DNA of 55,580 nt, from the NCBI GenBank assembly GCA_034722055.1, contig JAYENL010000308.1:1-55580 (forward strand), read 5' to 3'. A program made the position numbers and the translations under genes. Below are positions 46,553 through 55,580 of this stretch, one piece after another. Position 1 is the first letter of the stretch. Every line of letters begins with the position of its first letter. The stretch is from Armatimonadota bacterium. Lineage in GTDB: Bacteria > Armatimonadota > Zipacnadia > Zipacnadales > UBA5352. The notes under the pieces were generated by a model. That model made no database searches, was not told where the DNA came from, and was given only the letters and a program-made list of their open reading frames with translations.

Positions 46553-48352
46553 ATGCGAACACTCGTGCTCATCGCGTGCGTTCAGTTGCTCTCGCCGGCT
46601 GCCATCCTCGCCGACGACGGCGCCGGGAGCGATGACGCGCCGGTGTTGCGAAGCGCCATCTATCCCGCTGAAAAGGATGGCAACCGGCTCTGCGTCGCCC
46701 GGGGGACCGTCCAGCACTTCTTCTTCGTCCCGGGCAACCCATCGGAGCGGACTATCGACCCCTTCCGCTTCGTCCTGACGGTCCCTGAGGGCGTCCGCGT
46801 CATCCAGGCCACCGGAGACGCCGTGGAGGCCTACTACCGGCCGGAGCTGATTGGGCGGAAGCGGGAGCGCCGCGACGGGCGATGGTACGTGCGCTGGGAG
46901 TGGGAGGCGGACCGGGCACTGTCGGGGCGGTCGCTGGAGAAGGCCCGCTTCTTCAACGCATGGTGCGGCGCGATGATCGCCGGCGAAGCCGTCGCGGACG
47001 GCCAGCACCCGTTCTTCTGGCGGATTGAGGCCGACGAGCTCTCAGAGCCCGAGCGCGAGGGCACGCTGGTCATCATGCCCCGCCCCAAGGGCCGCCAGCC
47101 CCGCGAGATCGCCATCGCCATGTCCGGCTGGACGATCAGCCCCAGCCCGCCATTCTGGCGCCGCCTCATGCGGACGTATCGCGATTGCGGAATCAACACC
47201 GTGGACTCCGGGATCGTCACGAAGGGCGACGAGTGGCTGCGGCCGGCGATGGACGCCGGGATGGAGCGCTGGCGCCTGCTGTGGTGGTTCTGGTGGAATG
47301 AAAACCACCTGCAGGAGCATCCCGAGCATGCGGCGGTGACCTTCGGCGGCGAGCGCGACCAGCGCCGCGTCTGCCCCGAGATCATGGCCTCACCGGACAC
47401 CGACGCCATCGCCGGGCTCATGGACGGCATCCTCCCAGGGGCGCGCTCAGGCGCCATCCAGGGCACATGGTGGGACCTGGAGGGGCCGAATGTCTGGGAC
47501 GTATGCTTCTGCGAGCGCTGTCTGCGGGCATTCCGGGAGTTCGCCGACATCCCCGCCGAGGTGGAGCTTACGCCGCAGCGCATCAAGGCCGAGTATCACG
47601 ACCAGTGGGTGAAGTACTGCTGCGGGCAGAGCGCGCGCATCGCCGAGCGCATGAAGTCCTACGCACGAGAGCAGGGCGTGGACTGGGACCTGGCCGTCTA
47701 CTGCGCGATCCAACACGATCATACGCGCGAGCACTACCGTGTGGACTGGGAGATGCTGGCCCCGCACCTCGACCTGGCCACGGTCAGCTACTACTCCGTC
47801 AACATCTCCGACCTCGAGAAGCGCTACACGAGTGGGGTCACTTGGATGGTTGACCTCATCCAGTCCGTGAAGGACATCCCCGTCTGGGCCACAATCAGCA
47901 CCGGCTATGGCCGGGACAGTCACTACATCGCCGACGGCCGGGTCACGCGGATGCATCTCATCAAGCCCGTGGCGTTCGGAGCCAACGGGGTCATCCAGTG
48001 GTGGTGGGGTCCCGTTGACGGGCGGCACTATCATGCCTACGCCGAGGCAAGCTTGCTCATCGCGGAGCTGGAGCCGTTCTTCACTGATGGCGAGATGGAC
48101 CAGGAGCTGCTCTCCGGCGAGCCGAGGGAGGGCACGACCCGAGTGGCGTGGCGGCTGGGCGATCGCGTCCTGGTGATGCTCTTCAACGACCGGGACGAGC
48201 GCCGGATCTACGCCCGGCCGACAGTGCCGAACGGCTCCCGCCTGGAGCGCGACGACGGCCGCGGGCGGCTGAAGCTGGAAGGGCAGGAGCTTTCGGCATC
48301 CGTGGAGCCCCTGGACTGCCGATGGGTCATCCTCAGGCTCGGGGGCGAGTGA
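46553..48352 (+). CDS. Secreted hypothetical protein with a putative glycoside-hydrolase-like barrel
   Basis: AGGAGG RBS and signal peptide; WWDLEGP and CFCERCLRAFREF (a motif seen in GH42-like proteins). Confidence 0.6.
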   Translation: MRTLVLIACVQLLSPAAILADDGAGSDDAPVLRSAIYPAEKDGNRLCVARGTVQHFFFVPGNPSERTIDPFRFVLTVPEGVRVIQATGDAVEAYYRPELIGRKRERRDGRWYVRWEWEADRALSGRSLEKARFFNAWCGAMIAGEAVADGQHPFFWRIEADELSEPEREGTLVIMPRPKGRQPREIAIAMSGWTISPSPPFWRRLMRTYRDCGINTVDSGIVTKGDEWLRPAMDAGMERWRLLWWFWWNENHLQEHPEHAAVTFGGERDQRRVCPEIMASPDTDAIAGLMDGILPGARSGAIQGTWWDLEGPNVWDVCFCERCLRAFREFADIPAEVELTPQRIKAEYHDQWVKYCCGQSARIAERMKSYAREQGVDWDLAVYCAIQHDHTREHYRVDWEMLAPHLDLATVSYYSVNISDLEKRYTSGVTWMVDLIQSVKDIPVWATISTGYGRDSHYIADGRVTRMHLIKPVAFGANGVIQWWWGPVDGRHYHAYAEASLLIAELEPFFTDGEMDQELLSGEPREGTTRVAWRLGDRVLVMLFNDRDERRIYARPTVPNGSRLERDDGRGRLKLEGQELSASVEPLDCRWVILRLGGE

Positions 48353-48358
48353 GCGGAC

Positions 48359-49558
48359 TCACCGTTGCGCTGCGGGCTCGTCCTCCTGAGGCAGGGCCGT
48401 GTGGCCTCGGCCCTCCGCGGGACTGCCCTCCTGCAGGCTGAAGTCGCCCTCGTCCGGCGCCACCAGCATGGGGTCCTCGCCGACGATGGCGTCCCGCTCG
48501 GCGGTGGGAAGCGCAGGCGCGCTGCGGTCAGGCCTATCCTCGCAGTACCACACGTTGCGGGCAAAGGTGAATGTCTCCGGCGCGGTGTGCGGGCCGATGT
48601 TGACGCCGCCCTCCGACCACCCGTCGCTGGTGAAGACGATCACGTTATCGGTGAAGACGCCATTGCGCGAGGCCACGAAGCCGGGCTCGCGGGTCTCCTG
48701 CAGAATGCGCAGCGCCCACCTGTGCGGATGGTAAATGGTGTTGAACCGCACTGTGGCGCCGTCCACGCCCACGAAAGCCACCGGGGCATTGGAGCCGAGG
48801 AAGATGTTACCCTCCACCACGATATCCCTGGCCTCGTAGCCCTCCGGCTCGGGGCGGAAGTACCGCAGGCCGGTGCTGCCGCCGATGTTCACGGCCCGGG
48901 CTCCGGCCTCCATGAACCGGTTGCCGCGCACGATCACGTCCCGCGACCCGCCCTTCGCCTGGACGCCATTGGACGCGTCACCCGGCTGATCCCGGAGGAC
49001 GCAGCGGCGGATGAGGCCGCGGTGGCAGCCGACCATGTCGATGGCCGAGCCGCCCGAGCCCCAGTCCTGGACTGTGCACTCCTCGACCAGGAAGTCGTCC
49101 ACCCCGGAGAGCTTGATGCCGTCGCGGTTGCCCTCCGGGCCGACCTCCATCACCATCAGCCGCCGCAGGATGACATGATGGGTCGGAGTCTCGAAGCTGC
49201 CGCCATCATCGATGTTCAGCCCGTTGCCCGTGGCGCCGCGCAGCACCAGATCGCGCAGCTCCACGTGGGCGGCCTCCGAGAGCTGCATCCCCGAACCTCC
49301 GCCGGCGATGACCGGCGGGTTCTCCGGGTCCTCTCCCGCGATGATGATGGGCTGGTCGGGAGCGCCTTCCACGTTCTGGAGGTAGATGCCGCCCTCGTAG
49401 ATGCCGGACCTGAGCATGATGGTGGTGCCGGGCCCAGCCGAGCGGACAGCCTGGCGGAGACCCTGGCTGTCATCGACGCTGACGACCTGCCCTCGTCCGG
49501 GGTACGCGATCATGACGAGCATGAGAGTGATCGCCGGTAGCGTCACAGAGGCACGCAC
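48359..49558 (-). CDS. Right-handed parallel beta-helix (pectin-lyase-fold) secreted protein
   Basis: PGTTIMLRSGIY, repeated V.V.xN.F turns, DGIKLSG, AVNIGG, C-terminal DFSLQEGSPA. Confidence 0.82.
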   Translation of the reverse strand: MRASVTLPAITLMLVMIAYPGRGQVVSVDDSQGLRQAVRSAGPGTTIMLRSGIYEGGIYLQNVEGAPDQPIIIAGEDPENPPVIAGGGSGMQLSEAAHVELRDLVLRGATGNGLNIDDGGSFETPTHHVILRRLMVMEVGPEGNRDGIKLSGVDDFLVEECTVQDWGSGGSAIDMVGCHRGLIRRCVLRDQPGDASNGVQAKGGSRDVIVRGNRFMEAGARAVNIGGSTGLRYFRPEPEGYEARDIVVEGNIFLGSNAPVAFVGVDGATVRFNTIYHPHRWALRILQETREPGFVASRNGVFTDNVIVFTSDGWSEGGVNIGPHTAPETFTFARNVWYCEDRPDRSAPALPTAERDAIVGEDPMLVAPDEGDFSLQEGSPAEGRGHTALPQEDEPAAQR

Positions 49559-49589
49559 TTCAGCCACCTCCATGTAAGCGGTCAGCCGG

Positions 49590-51836
49590 TCAGGGGATGA
49601 CCCTCACCGCGACGTCATCCACGTACAGCGTGCAGTTGCTTGTGTTTGGCGCGAATCCCACGCTCTGGATGCGGTGCACTCCATCCTGGGCGAAGGGCAG
49701 CCCCTCCGCGGTCCGGCCCTCGACCGTCAGGTCGAATGTCCCGGCATCCAGGTCGGCCACGATGGCGACCTGCTGCCAGCGCTCGGGCACGATCTGTAGC
49801 TCCTCCAGTGTATGCTCCTCATCCCCATGGTAGTAGGTCACGGTGCCATCGGGCCAGAAGCGAGCGTGGAAGGCCCGGCGCGTCCACACGCCCGCCGGGC
49901 TGTCCAGGGCATCGATGTCCACGCGGCTGGCGTTCGCGGATGGCACGAAGATGCGGGCGCTGAGCTCCATCTTCCCGCGCTCGGCATCCGCAACGTCCCG
50001 CGGCGTCAGCGCCAGCCACAGCGCGCCGCCCTCGTCCGCGCTCTCCTGCCGACGCTCGCACTTCACGTAGTGATTCTCGCCCGGTTGTCCGCTGCCGGGC
50101 GGGGCGTCGCTGAGCACCTGCACGCGGTCCGGTTGCCCCTCCAGCACCCGCCAGCCGGTGCCCTGCGCCTCGGCCGGGTCGAGGTCCTCATCGGTGGGGC
50201 TGCTGCCCGCCGGGACGCCCTCGAAGTCGTCGTCCATCGCCACAAACGGCTCCCGGTCGGGGTTCTTCTTCGGGAAGCCCCCGTAGGGCGAGAGGTCCGG
50301 GTAGTCGGGCTCTGGCTCGTGAGGCACGAACTGGAAGGAGTAGAGGTCGGCGTCCCGCAGCACGAAGCGGAGTCGGATGGGCTGGCCCTCCAGGGGACGA
50401 AGATCGCCTCCGTTGCCGTCCCAGCGGACGATGTGCCGCAGGTCGTCGCCGAAGATCGGCGGGCAGTCGGCGAGGGCACAGCCATCGATGGGCTCTCCCG
50501 CCGCGTCCTGGACCTCCACCTGAACGCCGCCGGCCCCGGAGGTCTCCAGGTTTAGCGCCAGGCTCCCGCCCTCGAAGGTGATCGGCCGGGTCACGACCTC
50601 GCCCCCCGACATCGGCGCGCTGGCGGAGACGAAGCCGTCGATGCGGATGGTGTAGCGGCGGAAGGCCGTGTCCGTGCCCTCCCAGTAGCCCTCGGTGGCG
50701 TAAAGCGAGATCTCGTCCGGCGCATCTTCCAGACCCGACGGAGTCTGCACCATTCGCCAGAAGATGAAGTTGTCACCGTAGACCCAGCTTTCGCGCTCGC
50801 GAGGGCCGGGCCGGATGAATGCCTCCGGCCAGCGCCTGAAGGTAAGGCCATCGCGGCTGGTCATGAACACCGCATCGGTGACCGCGGTTCCGTAGCGCCG
50901 GCTGGCCTTCGCCCTCGCCAGGCGCTCGTCGAGGCCCGGCAGCTCCAGCATGGGCTGCGACCAGTGGCGGTCATTGTAGCGCATCGGGAAGCCCATGAAG
51001 ATGTGCGGAGCGCGGTAGTAGGGCTGGATCTGGTTGGTGTAGAGGTGCCGCCGCTCGACACCGGGCCACTCCAGCCACTGCGGCTCAGGGAAGTGCAGGA
51101 AGTCATCGGACGCGGAGGTCATAATGTCCCGCACCCCCGCCCTGAATCCCCGATGATACTCCCGGTACTCCTTGCGCACCGGGTCCCAGAACGCCAGGTT
51201 CTGGGAGTCGAAGGCGCCCTCGGTGATGATGGGCTCCTCGCTGAGCAGCGAGAAGTGGATGCCGTCCGCCGATCCCAGAGCATACAGGCCACGGGGCTCG
51301 GTGCCCAGCATGACGATCTTGTATCGCTCGTCCGGGGGGCAGTCCGGATTGGTGTCGATGAAGGTGGCCGTGTGGGCGGGATCGCCGCCCACGGACTCCA
51401 CGGCCTCCGGCGTCAGGAGGATGTTGTTGGCCGTGGAGCCGCCGAACTCGAAGAGCCCCAGCTCCGGTCTACGCCAGTGGATGCCATCATCGCTCTCGGC
51501 GTAGCACAGCACCCAGGGGTGCTCCTCAAGCGCCTGGGCTGGCTCGCCACTATGCATGTAGTGGCCGCCCCGGTAGTACAGCCGGTAGATGTCCCCATCC
51601 TTGAAGACCGACTGATAGCCGCTGGCATTCCCCTCCCACGGGGCATCCGTGCGGAAGACGATCTCCCGCCGGACCGGATGGTGGAGCTGTAGCCGAGCGT
51701 CGCCCGCCATAGAGTCGATCAGGAAATCATCCACGAACAGCTCCAGCCTGGAGCCGATGTCCACGGCCTCCTGCGCTGACACTGCGCCTGCCATCAGGGC
51801 GATCACCACCATCACGAGGATCGATCGAGCGAGCAT
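49590..51836 (-). CDS. Secreted five-bladed beta-propeller glycosidase-like protein with C-terminal LamG-like domain
   Basis: Signal peptide; motifs ELFVDDFLI, DAPWEG, YAESDDGIHW, FDSQN, SRDGLTF, RIDGF, DADLYSF; GAGGAGG RBS. Confidence 0.7.
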   Translation of the reverse strand: MLARSILVMVVIALMAGAVSAQEAVDIGSRLELFVDDFLIDSMAGDARLQLHHPVRREIVFRTDAPWEGNASGYQSVFKDGDIYRLYYRGGHYMHSGEPAQALEEHPWVLCYAESDDGIHWRRPELGLFEFGGSTANNILLTPEAVESVGGDPAHTATFIDTNPDCPPDERYKIVMLGTEPRGLYALGSADGIHFSLLSEEPIITEGAFDSQNLAFWDPVRKEYREYHRGFRAGVRDIMTSASDDFLHFPEPQWLEWPGVERRHLYTNQIQPYYRAPHIFMGFPMRYNDRHWSQPMLELPGLDERLARAKASRRYGTAVTDAVFMTSRDGLTFRRWPEAFIRPGPRERESWVYGDNFIFWRMVQTPSGLEDAPDEISLYATEGYWEGTDTAFRRYTIRIDGFVSASAPMSGGEVVTRPITFEGGSLALNLETSGAGGVQVEVQDAAGEPIDGCALADCPPIFGDDLRHIVRWDGNGGDLRPLEGQPIRLRFVLRDADLYSFQFVPHEPEPDYPDLSPYGGFPKKNPDREPFVAMDDDFEGVPAGSSPTDEDLDPAEAQGTGWRVLEGQPDRVQVLSDAPPGSGQPGENHYVKCERRQESADEGGALWLALTPRDVADAERGKMELSARIFVPSANASRVDIDALDSPAGVWTRRAFHARFWPDGTVTYYHGDEEHTLEELQIVPERWQQVAIVADLDAGTFDLTVEGRTAEGLPFAQDGVHRIQSVGFAPNTSNCTLYVDDVAVRVIP

Positions 51837-51901
51837 GCGTAAACCTCCTCTTGAGCCGCACCACATAGCGTCGTCTGCTCCTGTGATGGGGCAGCCGCCC
51901 C

Positions 51902-53485
51902 TCACTCCGCGATCTCATCCGGGATCTGCGGCTTCTCCGCCTCGATCTCCTCGGGGGGCGCGATCTGCTCGGGCCGGGGCGGCGCAAAGAGGCGGCTGAT
52001 CAACCAGCCGGCGACCAGCGTCACACCGCAGCTTACGGTGGAGTAGAACAGGAAGGAAATCTCCCCGAGCGTTGATGCGACGTTAGCGAGCGGGCCCGGA
52101 GGCAGCACGACCCCCAGGCCCTTCCCGAACGCCACCAGCAATGCCGCGCCGAAGCCGACCATCGATCCCAGGAGCACGCCCTGCCAGTTCGCACGCTTTG
52201 TCAGCATCCCCAGCAGGAAGATGGCGAGCAGCGCGCCCGAGAACAGCCCTGCGATCTTGTTGGACATCTCCACGAGGGTCTGGCCCCACATGCCCGCGGC
52301 GATGGCAGCGCCCGTGGCCACCAGGCCCCATACCAGCGTCCATTGTTTCGCGAGACGAAGCTGGGTGGCCTGGTCGAAGCGGCGCTGGAGCCAGCCCTGG
52401 TAGTAGTCCACCAGCGTAGTCGTGGCGATGGAGTTGATCCCGGAGTCGATCGACGACATGGTGGCAGCGAACAGCGCCGCCACCAGCGCCCCCCGGATAC
52501 CGACCGGAAGCTGTTGGGCGATGAAGAAGGCCAGGATGCGGTCGGACTGGGACTGTTTGAAGCTCACGAGCAGCTCGGGCTGCTGCTGATAGAACGCCCA
52601 GATGAGCATGCCCACGAAGTAGAAGATCATGCCCACGGGGACGATGATGGCGGCGTGGAAGATCAGCGACCGCCTGGCCTCATCGCGGCTCTTCGTTGAC
52701 AGATAACGCTGGATGGCGACCTGATCAGTGGCGTAGGCCGCGAGCGATGTGAAGGTGCCGCCGAAGATGATCCCCCAGGTGGTCACGCGCTTGAATGGAT
52801 CGAGTGACCAGTCGATGAAGGTCAGCTTCCCCTGCGCCGCCGCAGTGCTCCACATCCATCCCAGGCCCCCATCGGTCTGGGTGATGGCCATTACCATGAT
52901 CAGCGCCGCGCCGCCGTAGAGGACGAAGAACTGCATCACGTCCGTCCAGATCACGGCCGTAAGCCCGCCCATCACGGTGTAGGCCGTTGAGGACAGCCCC
53001 ACCGCCACCACGCACAGCCGCCAGTCGATATCGAACAGCGTGGAGATCGCGAGCGCCGGGGCGTAGACCACCAGCGCCATCCATCCCAGCCGCCAGAGGA
53101 TGAAGAAGGTGCTGCCAATGACGCGCACGGAAACGTGGAAGCGCTCCTCGAGGTACTGATAGGCCGTGTAGACGTTCAGCCGGTAGAAGAAGGGCAGGAA
53201 GACGTAGATCACGATGGGCGTCACCGCGACGATGGTGAACAGGGTGAGTGAGAACTTGAAGTCATAAAGGTAGCTCTCGGTAGGAGCGCCCAGGTATGTA
53301 ATCGCCGACAGCAGGGAGGCGATGATGGAGATGGATACCACCCAGTAGCTCATCCTTCGCCCCGCCAGCAGGTAGGTCTCGACATCCTCCTGCTTCCGTG
53401 ACAGGAAGTAGCCTTTGCCGACCACAATGAGCAGGTAGACGGCGATCACGACGACATCGATGGTGGCGAGTGAGACCTTCTCCAT
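51902..53485 (-). CDS. Sodium:solute symporter (SSS, NIS/SiaT-like)
   Basis: Motifs YLLAGR, SAITYLG, YQYLEERF, GGLTAVIWTD, DQVAIQRY, ATMSSIDS; about 13-14 transmembrane segments. Confidence 0.93.
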   Translation of the reverse strand: MEKVSLATIDVVVIAVYLLIVVGKGYFLSRKQEDVETYLLAGRRMSYWVVSISIIASLLSAITYLGAPTESYLYDFKFSLTLFTIVAVTPIVIYVFLPFFYRLNVYTAYQYLEERFHVSVRVIGSTFFILWRLGWMALVVYAPALAISTLFDIDWRLCVVAVGLSSTAYTVMGGLTAVIWTDVMQFFVLYGGAALIMVMAITQTDGGLGWMWSTAAAQGKLTFIDWSLDPFKRVTTWGIIFGGTFTSLAAYATDQVAIQRYLSTKSRDEARRSLIFHAAIIVPVGMIFYFVGMLIWAFYQQQPELLVSFKQSQSDRILAFFIAQQLPVGIRGALVAALFAATMSSIDSGINSIATTTLVDYYQGWLQRRFDQATQLRLAKQWTLVWGLVATGAAIAAGMWGQTLVEMSNKIAGLFSGALLAIFLLGMLTKRANWQGVLLGSMVGFGAALLVAFGKGLGVVLPPGPLANVASTLGEISFLFYSTVSCGVTLVAGWLISRLFAPPRPEQIAPPEEIEAEKPQIPDEIAE

Positions 53486-53575
53486 CGCTTGATCTCCTTT
53501 GCCGCAGGCGCAGTGGTGGCACTCATGCAGCAGACCAGCTCGCTCCCCCGGTCGCTCTCCCGTCGGTCCTCGTGT

Positions 53576-53601
53576 ATTCCATGCCGACCGGCTCGCCTCC
53601 T
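53576..53601 (-). promoter_or_regulatory. AGGA-N18-GAAT promoter-like motif upstream of the SSS transporter
   Basis: Minus strand reads aaAGGA-ggcgagccggtcggcatg-GAAT. Confidence 0.6.
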
Positions 53602-53642
53602 TTGCGGAGTACGCCGAGGCTCTGCTTGAGGCAGTACAGGGC

Positions 53643-53668
53643 AGGGGACTCCTGGCGGGCTACGGAAC
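53643..53668 (+). promoter_or_regulatory. AGG-N18-GAA promoter-like motif upstream of the MFS transporter
   Basis: gcAGGG-gactcctggcgggctacg-GAAC. Confidence 0.55.
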
Positions 53669-53722
53669 CTCCCTCCGCTCCGGGGCACCGCGCTGTGCAG
53701 GCCAGAACGGAGGGTGGTCCAC

Positions 53723-55057
53723 ATGTCAGACCAAGATGGTGCCCGGCCGGATGAGCAGCGCCTCGCAGGTCCTACGAGCGTCCCGCTGCTCCACAAGTTC
53801 CTCTACGGCCTCGCTTACGTGCCGGTGGGCCTGTCTACCATTATGGTCATGACGTGGATCGGCATGCGCTACTACCCGCCGGAGACCGCAACCGCCGCGT
53901 CCGTCGCGCTGGCGACCGAAGGCGCGGTCGCAGCGGCGCTCATCCTCGGCCGGGTGGTGGACGCGATCGCCGACCCACTACTGGGCTACTGGAGCGATCG
54001 CTTGCGCACGCGGTGGGGCCGTCGCAAGCCTTTCATCCTCGTCGGCGGCCCGCTGCTGGCGGTGACCTTCGTGCTCATCTGGACGCCGCCGGTGCCGGCG
54101 TTGTCCGCGATCAACGCCGTCTATCTCGGCATCACGGCGTCGGCGTTCTTCTTCGCCTTCACGGTTGTGGTCTGCCCGTATCTGGCCATGCTGCCGGAGA
54201 TCACCCCAGATCCCGCGGAGCGGGTCAGCCTCGGCGCGTGGCAGGGCGGGTTCAACGTGCTTGGCACAGTGGGCGGCATGGCGCTGACCGGCTACCTGGT
54301 GCACAGCTATGGCTACCGCACTATGGGCCTGGTCTACGCACCCGTGATACTGTTCTGTGCGTGGGCACCACTGCTCGTTCCCACGCCGGTGGCGGCCAAG
54401 GAGCCCAGTGATCTCCCACTCCGCCGGGCCGTCGCCAGCACCTTCAGCAACCCGTGGTTCCCGCCTTACGTCATCAGCCAGCTCCTCTTCTGGCTGGCGC
54501 TGAGCATTGTACTCATGGCCGGCCTCCAGCTCCCCGTAGCGAGAGCGAGAGTCGATGAGGCGGTGGCGGGCCTGCCACTCGCGGCGGCCCTCCTCGTGGC
54601 AGGGCTGCTCTTCCCGGTGATGCGCACTCTAGCGGAGCGCGTGAGCAAGCGCAGGCTGCTGATGGGCGCGATGGTCTGGCTCGGCCTGATGATGGTGCCA
54701 CTGATATTCGCAGGACTGCTGCCGTTGCCGCTGACGGCATTCCAGCAGATGTTCCTGGTGATGGCTCTTGCAGGGCCGTCGGTGGCAGCGCTCTTCGCGC
54801 TGCCGAACCCGATGGTGGGCGACATCGTGGACCATGACGAGGAGCTTACCGGCCAGCGCCGCGAGGCTATCTACTTCGGCGTTCAAGGCCTGCTCGTCAA
54901 AGCGGGCACCGGCGTCGGGGCCGGCATTGCAGTCCTGCTGCTGGGCCTGTTCGGCAATGACGCAACGCGCCAGGGCGGCTTCATCGCCTGCCCGCTGGTC
55001 GCGATGGTGCTGGCATGGGTGGCTGCGGCAGTGCTCACTCGCTACCGCGGCGACTGA
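53723..55057 (+). CDS. MFS transporter, glycoside-pentoside-hexuronide (MelB-like) family
   Basis: Motifs DAIADPLLGYWSD, RWGRRKPF, PYLAMLPE, DIVDHDE...RREAIYFG. Confidence 0.9.
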   Translation: MSDQDGARPDEQRLAGPTSVPLLHKFLYGLAYVPVGLSTIMVMTWIGMRYYPPETATAASVALATEGAVAAALILGRVVDAIADPLLGYWSDRLRTRWGRRKPFILVGGPLLAVTFVLIWTPPVPALSAINAVYLGITASAFFFAFTVVVCPYLAMLPEITPDPAERVSLGAWQGGFNVLGTVGGMALTGYLVHSYGYRTMGLVYAPVILFCAWAPLLVPTPVAAKEPSDLPLRRAVASTFSNPWFPPYVISQLLFWLALSIVLMAGLQLPVARARVDEAVAGLPLAAALLVAGLLFPVMRTLAERVSKRRLLMGAMVWLGLMMVPLIFAGLLPLPLTAFQQMFLVMALAGPSVAALFALPNPMVGDIVDHDEELTGQRREAIYFGVQGLLVKAGTGVGAGIAVLLLGLFGNDATRQGGFIACPLVAMVLAWVAAAVLTRYRGD

Positions 55058-55067
55058 GGTCGCGAGC

Positions 55068-55093
55068 AGGGCGCAACTGCGCCGGCGACGAAA
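55068..55093 (+). promoter_or_regulatory. AGG-N18-GAA promoter-like motif
   Basis: gcAGGG-cgcaactgcgccggcgac-GAAA. Confidence 0.55.
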
Positions 55094-55133
55094 CGTGCGA
55101 GGCGCACGCATTCCCCGACCATGGGATGATCCC

Positions 55134-55580
55134 ATGATCGCACTCATCGCGCTCGCCCTCACCTGCATCCTCTTCCTGCCGGCCTCCGCCGCTGCCGATG
55201 CCCTCCCCACAACCGTGATTGTGGCCGAGGACGCGCACCGCACTGAGGCTCTCGCCGCCGAGGAGCTTGCGCGCTACATGGAGACGGCCGGCGACAGGGA
55301 GGTGCCCGTCGCCACCGCGCCTCCCGCGGATGAGGTCGGGGCCATCTACGTTGGCGGCGCCGCGCAGTGTGAGGTTCCGGCTGACCTCGCCGCCGACGGC
55401 TTCGTCATCGAGCGTCACGGCGCCGACGCGCACCTGTGCGGGGTCGATCCCCGAGGCACTCTCTACGCCGCCTACCGCTACCTGGAGGAGGCGGTGGGCT
55501 GGCGCTGGCTGCAGCCCGGCACAAGCGGGGAGGCCCTCACCGGGTCCGGCGATCCGGCCTTCCCCCGCGAGCGCATCGTG
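55134..55580 (+). CDS. Secreted DUF4838/GH67-N-like protein (partial, runs off the window)
   Basis: Not in the ORF track. Manual translation gives MIALIALALTCILFLPASAAAD, AAEELARYM, DGFVI, RGTLYAAYRYLEE..GWRW. Confidence 0.75.
   Translation, partial: MIALIALALTCILFLPASAAADALPTTVIVAEDAHRTEALAAEELARYMETAGDREVPVATAPPADEVGAIYVGGAAQCEVPADLAADGFVIERHGADAHLCGVDPRGTLYAAYRYLEEAVGWRWLQPGTSGEALTGSGDPAFPRERIV

Overview
A gene-dense, high-GC bacterial chromosomal segment. I see no rRNA, tRNA, CRISPR array, prophage or intact transposase. The left half (1-27.7 kb) is mostly minus-strand housekeeping: a tRNA-modification operon (queA, tgt, THUMP methyltransferase), a HEAT-repeat lipoprotein, an Fe-S aldo/keto reductase, and a double-length UvrA with four ATPase sites, a Gram-positive-type LexA box and a translationally coupled CBM9/DOMON-like gene. 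It also holds an atypical transaldolase, class I and class II aldolases, an orphan SdhA/NadB-like flavoprotein, and an rmlD, GHMP kinase, ahcY, WecA-like/TagA fusion, PfkB kinase operon. The right half (27.8-55.6 kb) is a large carbohydrate-utilisation region: many secreted multidomain glycoside-hydrolase-like proteins, a sulfatase, oxidoreductases, and SSS and GPH/MFS transporters. The most striking non-coding signal is a bipartite motif, AGG(A/G/T/C)-N17/18-GAA(N). It sits in the correct orientation upstream of 14 genes and resembles the Firmicutes sigma-H promoter, which suggests a dominant alternative promoter class. The LexA box type and gene content fit a Terrabacteria lineage such as Armatimonadota, but this is inference only. 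All product calls come from motifs read by eye; no database or HMM searches were run. Start codons were adjusted from the ORF track where an RBS or homology start was visible.
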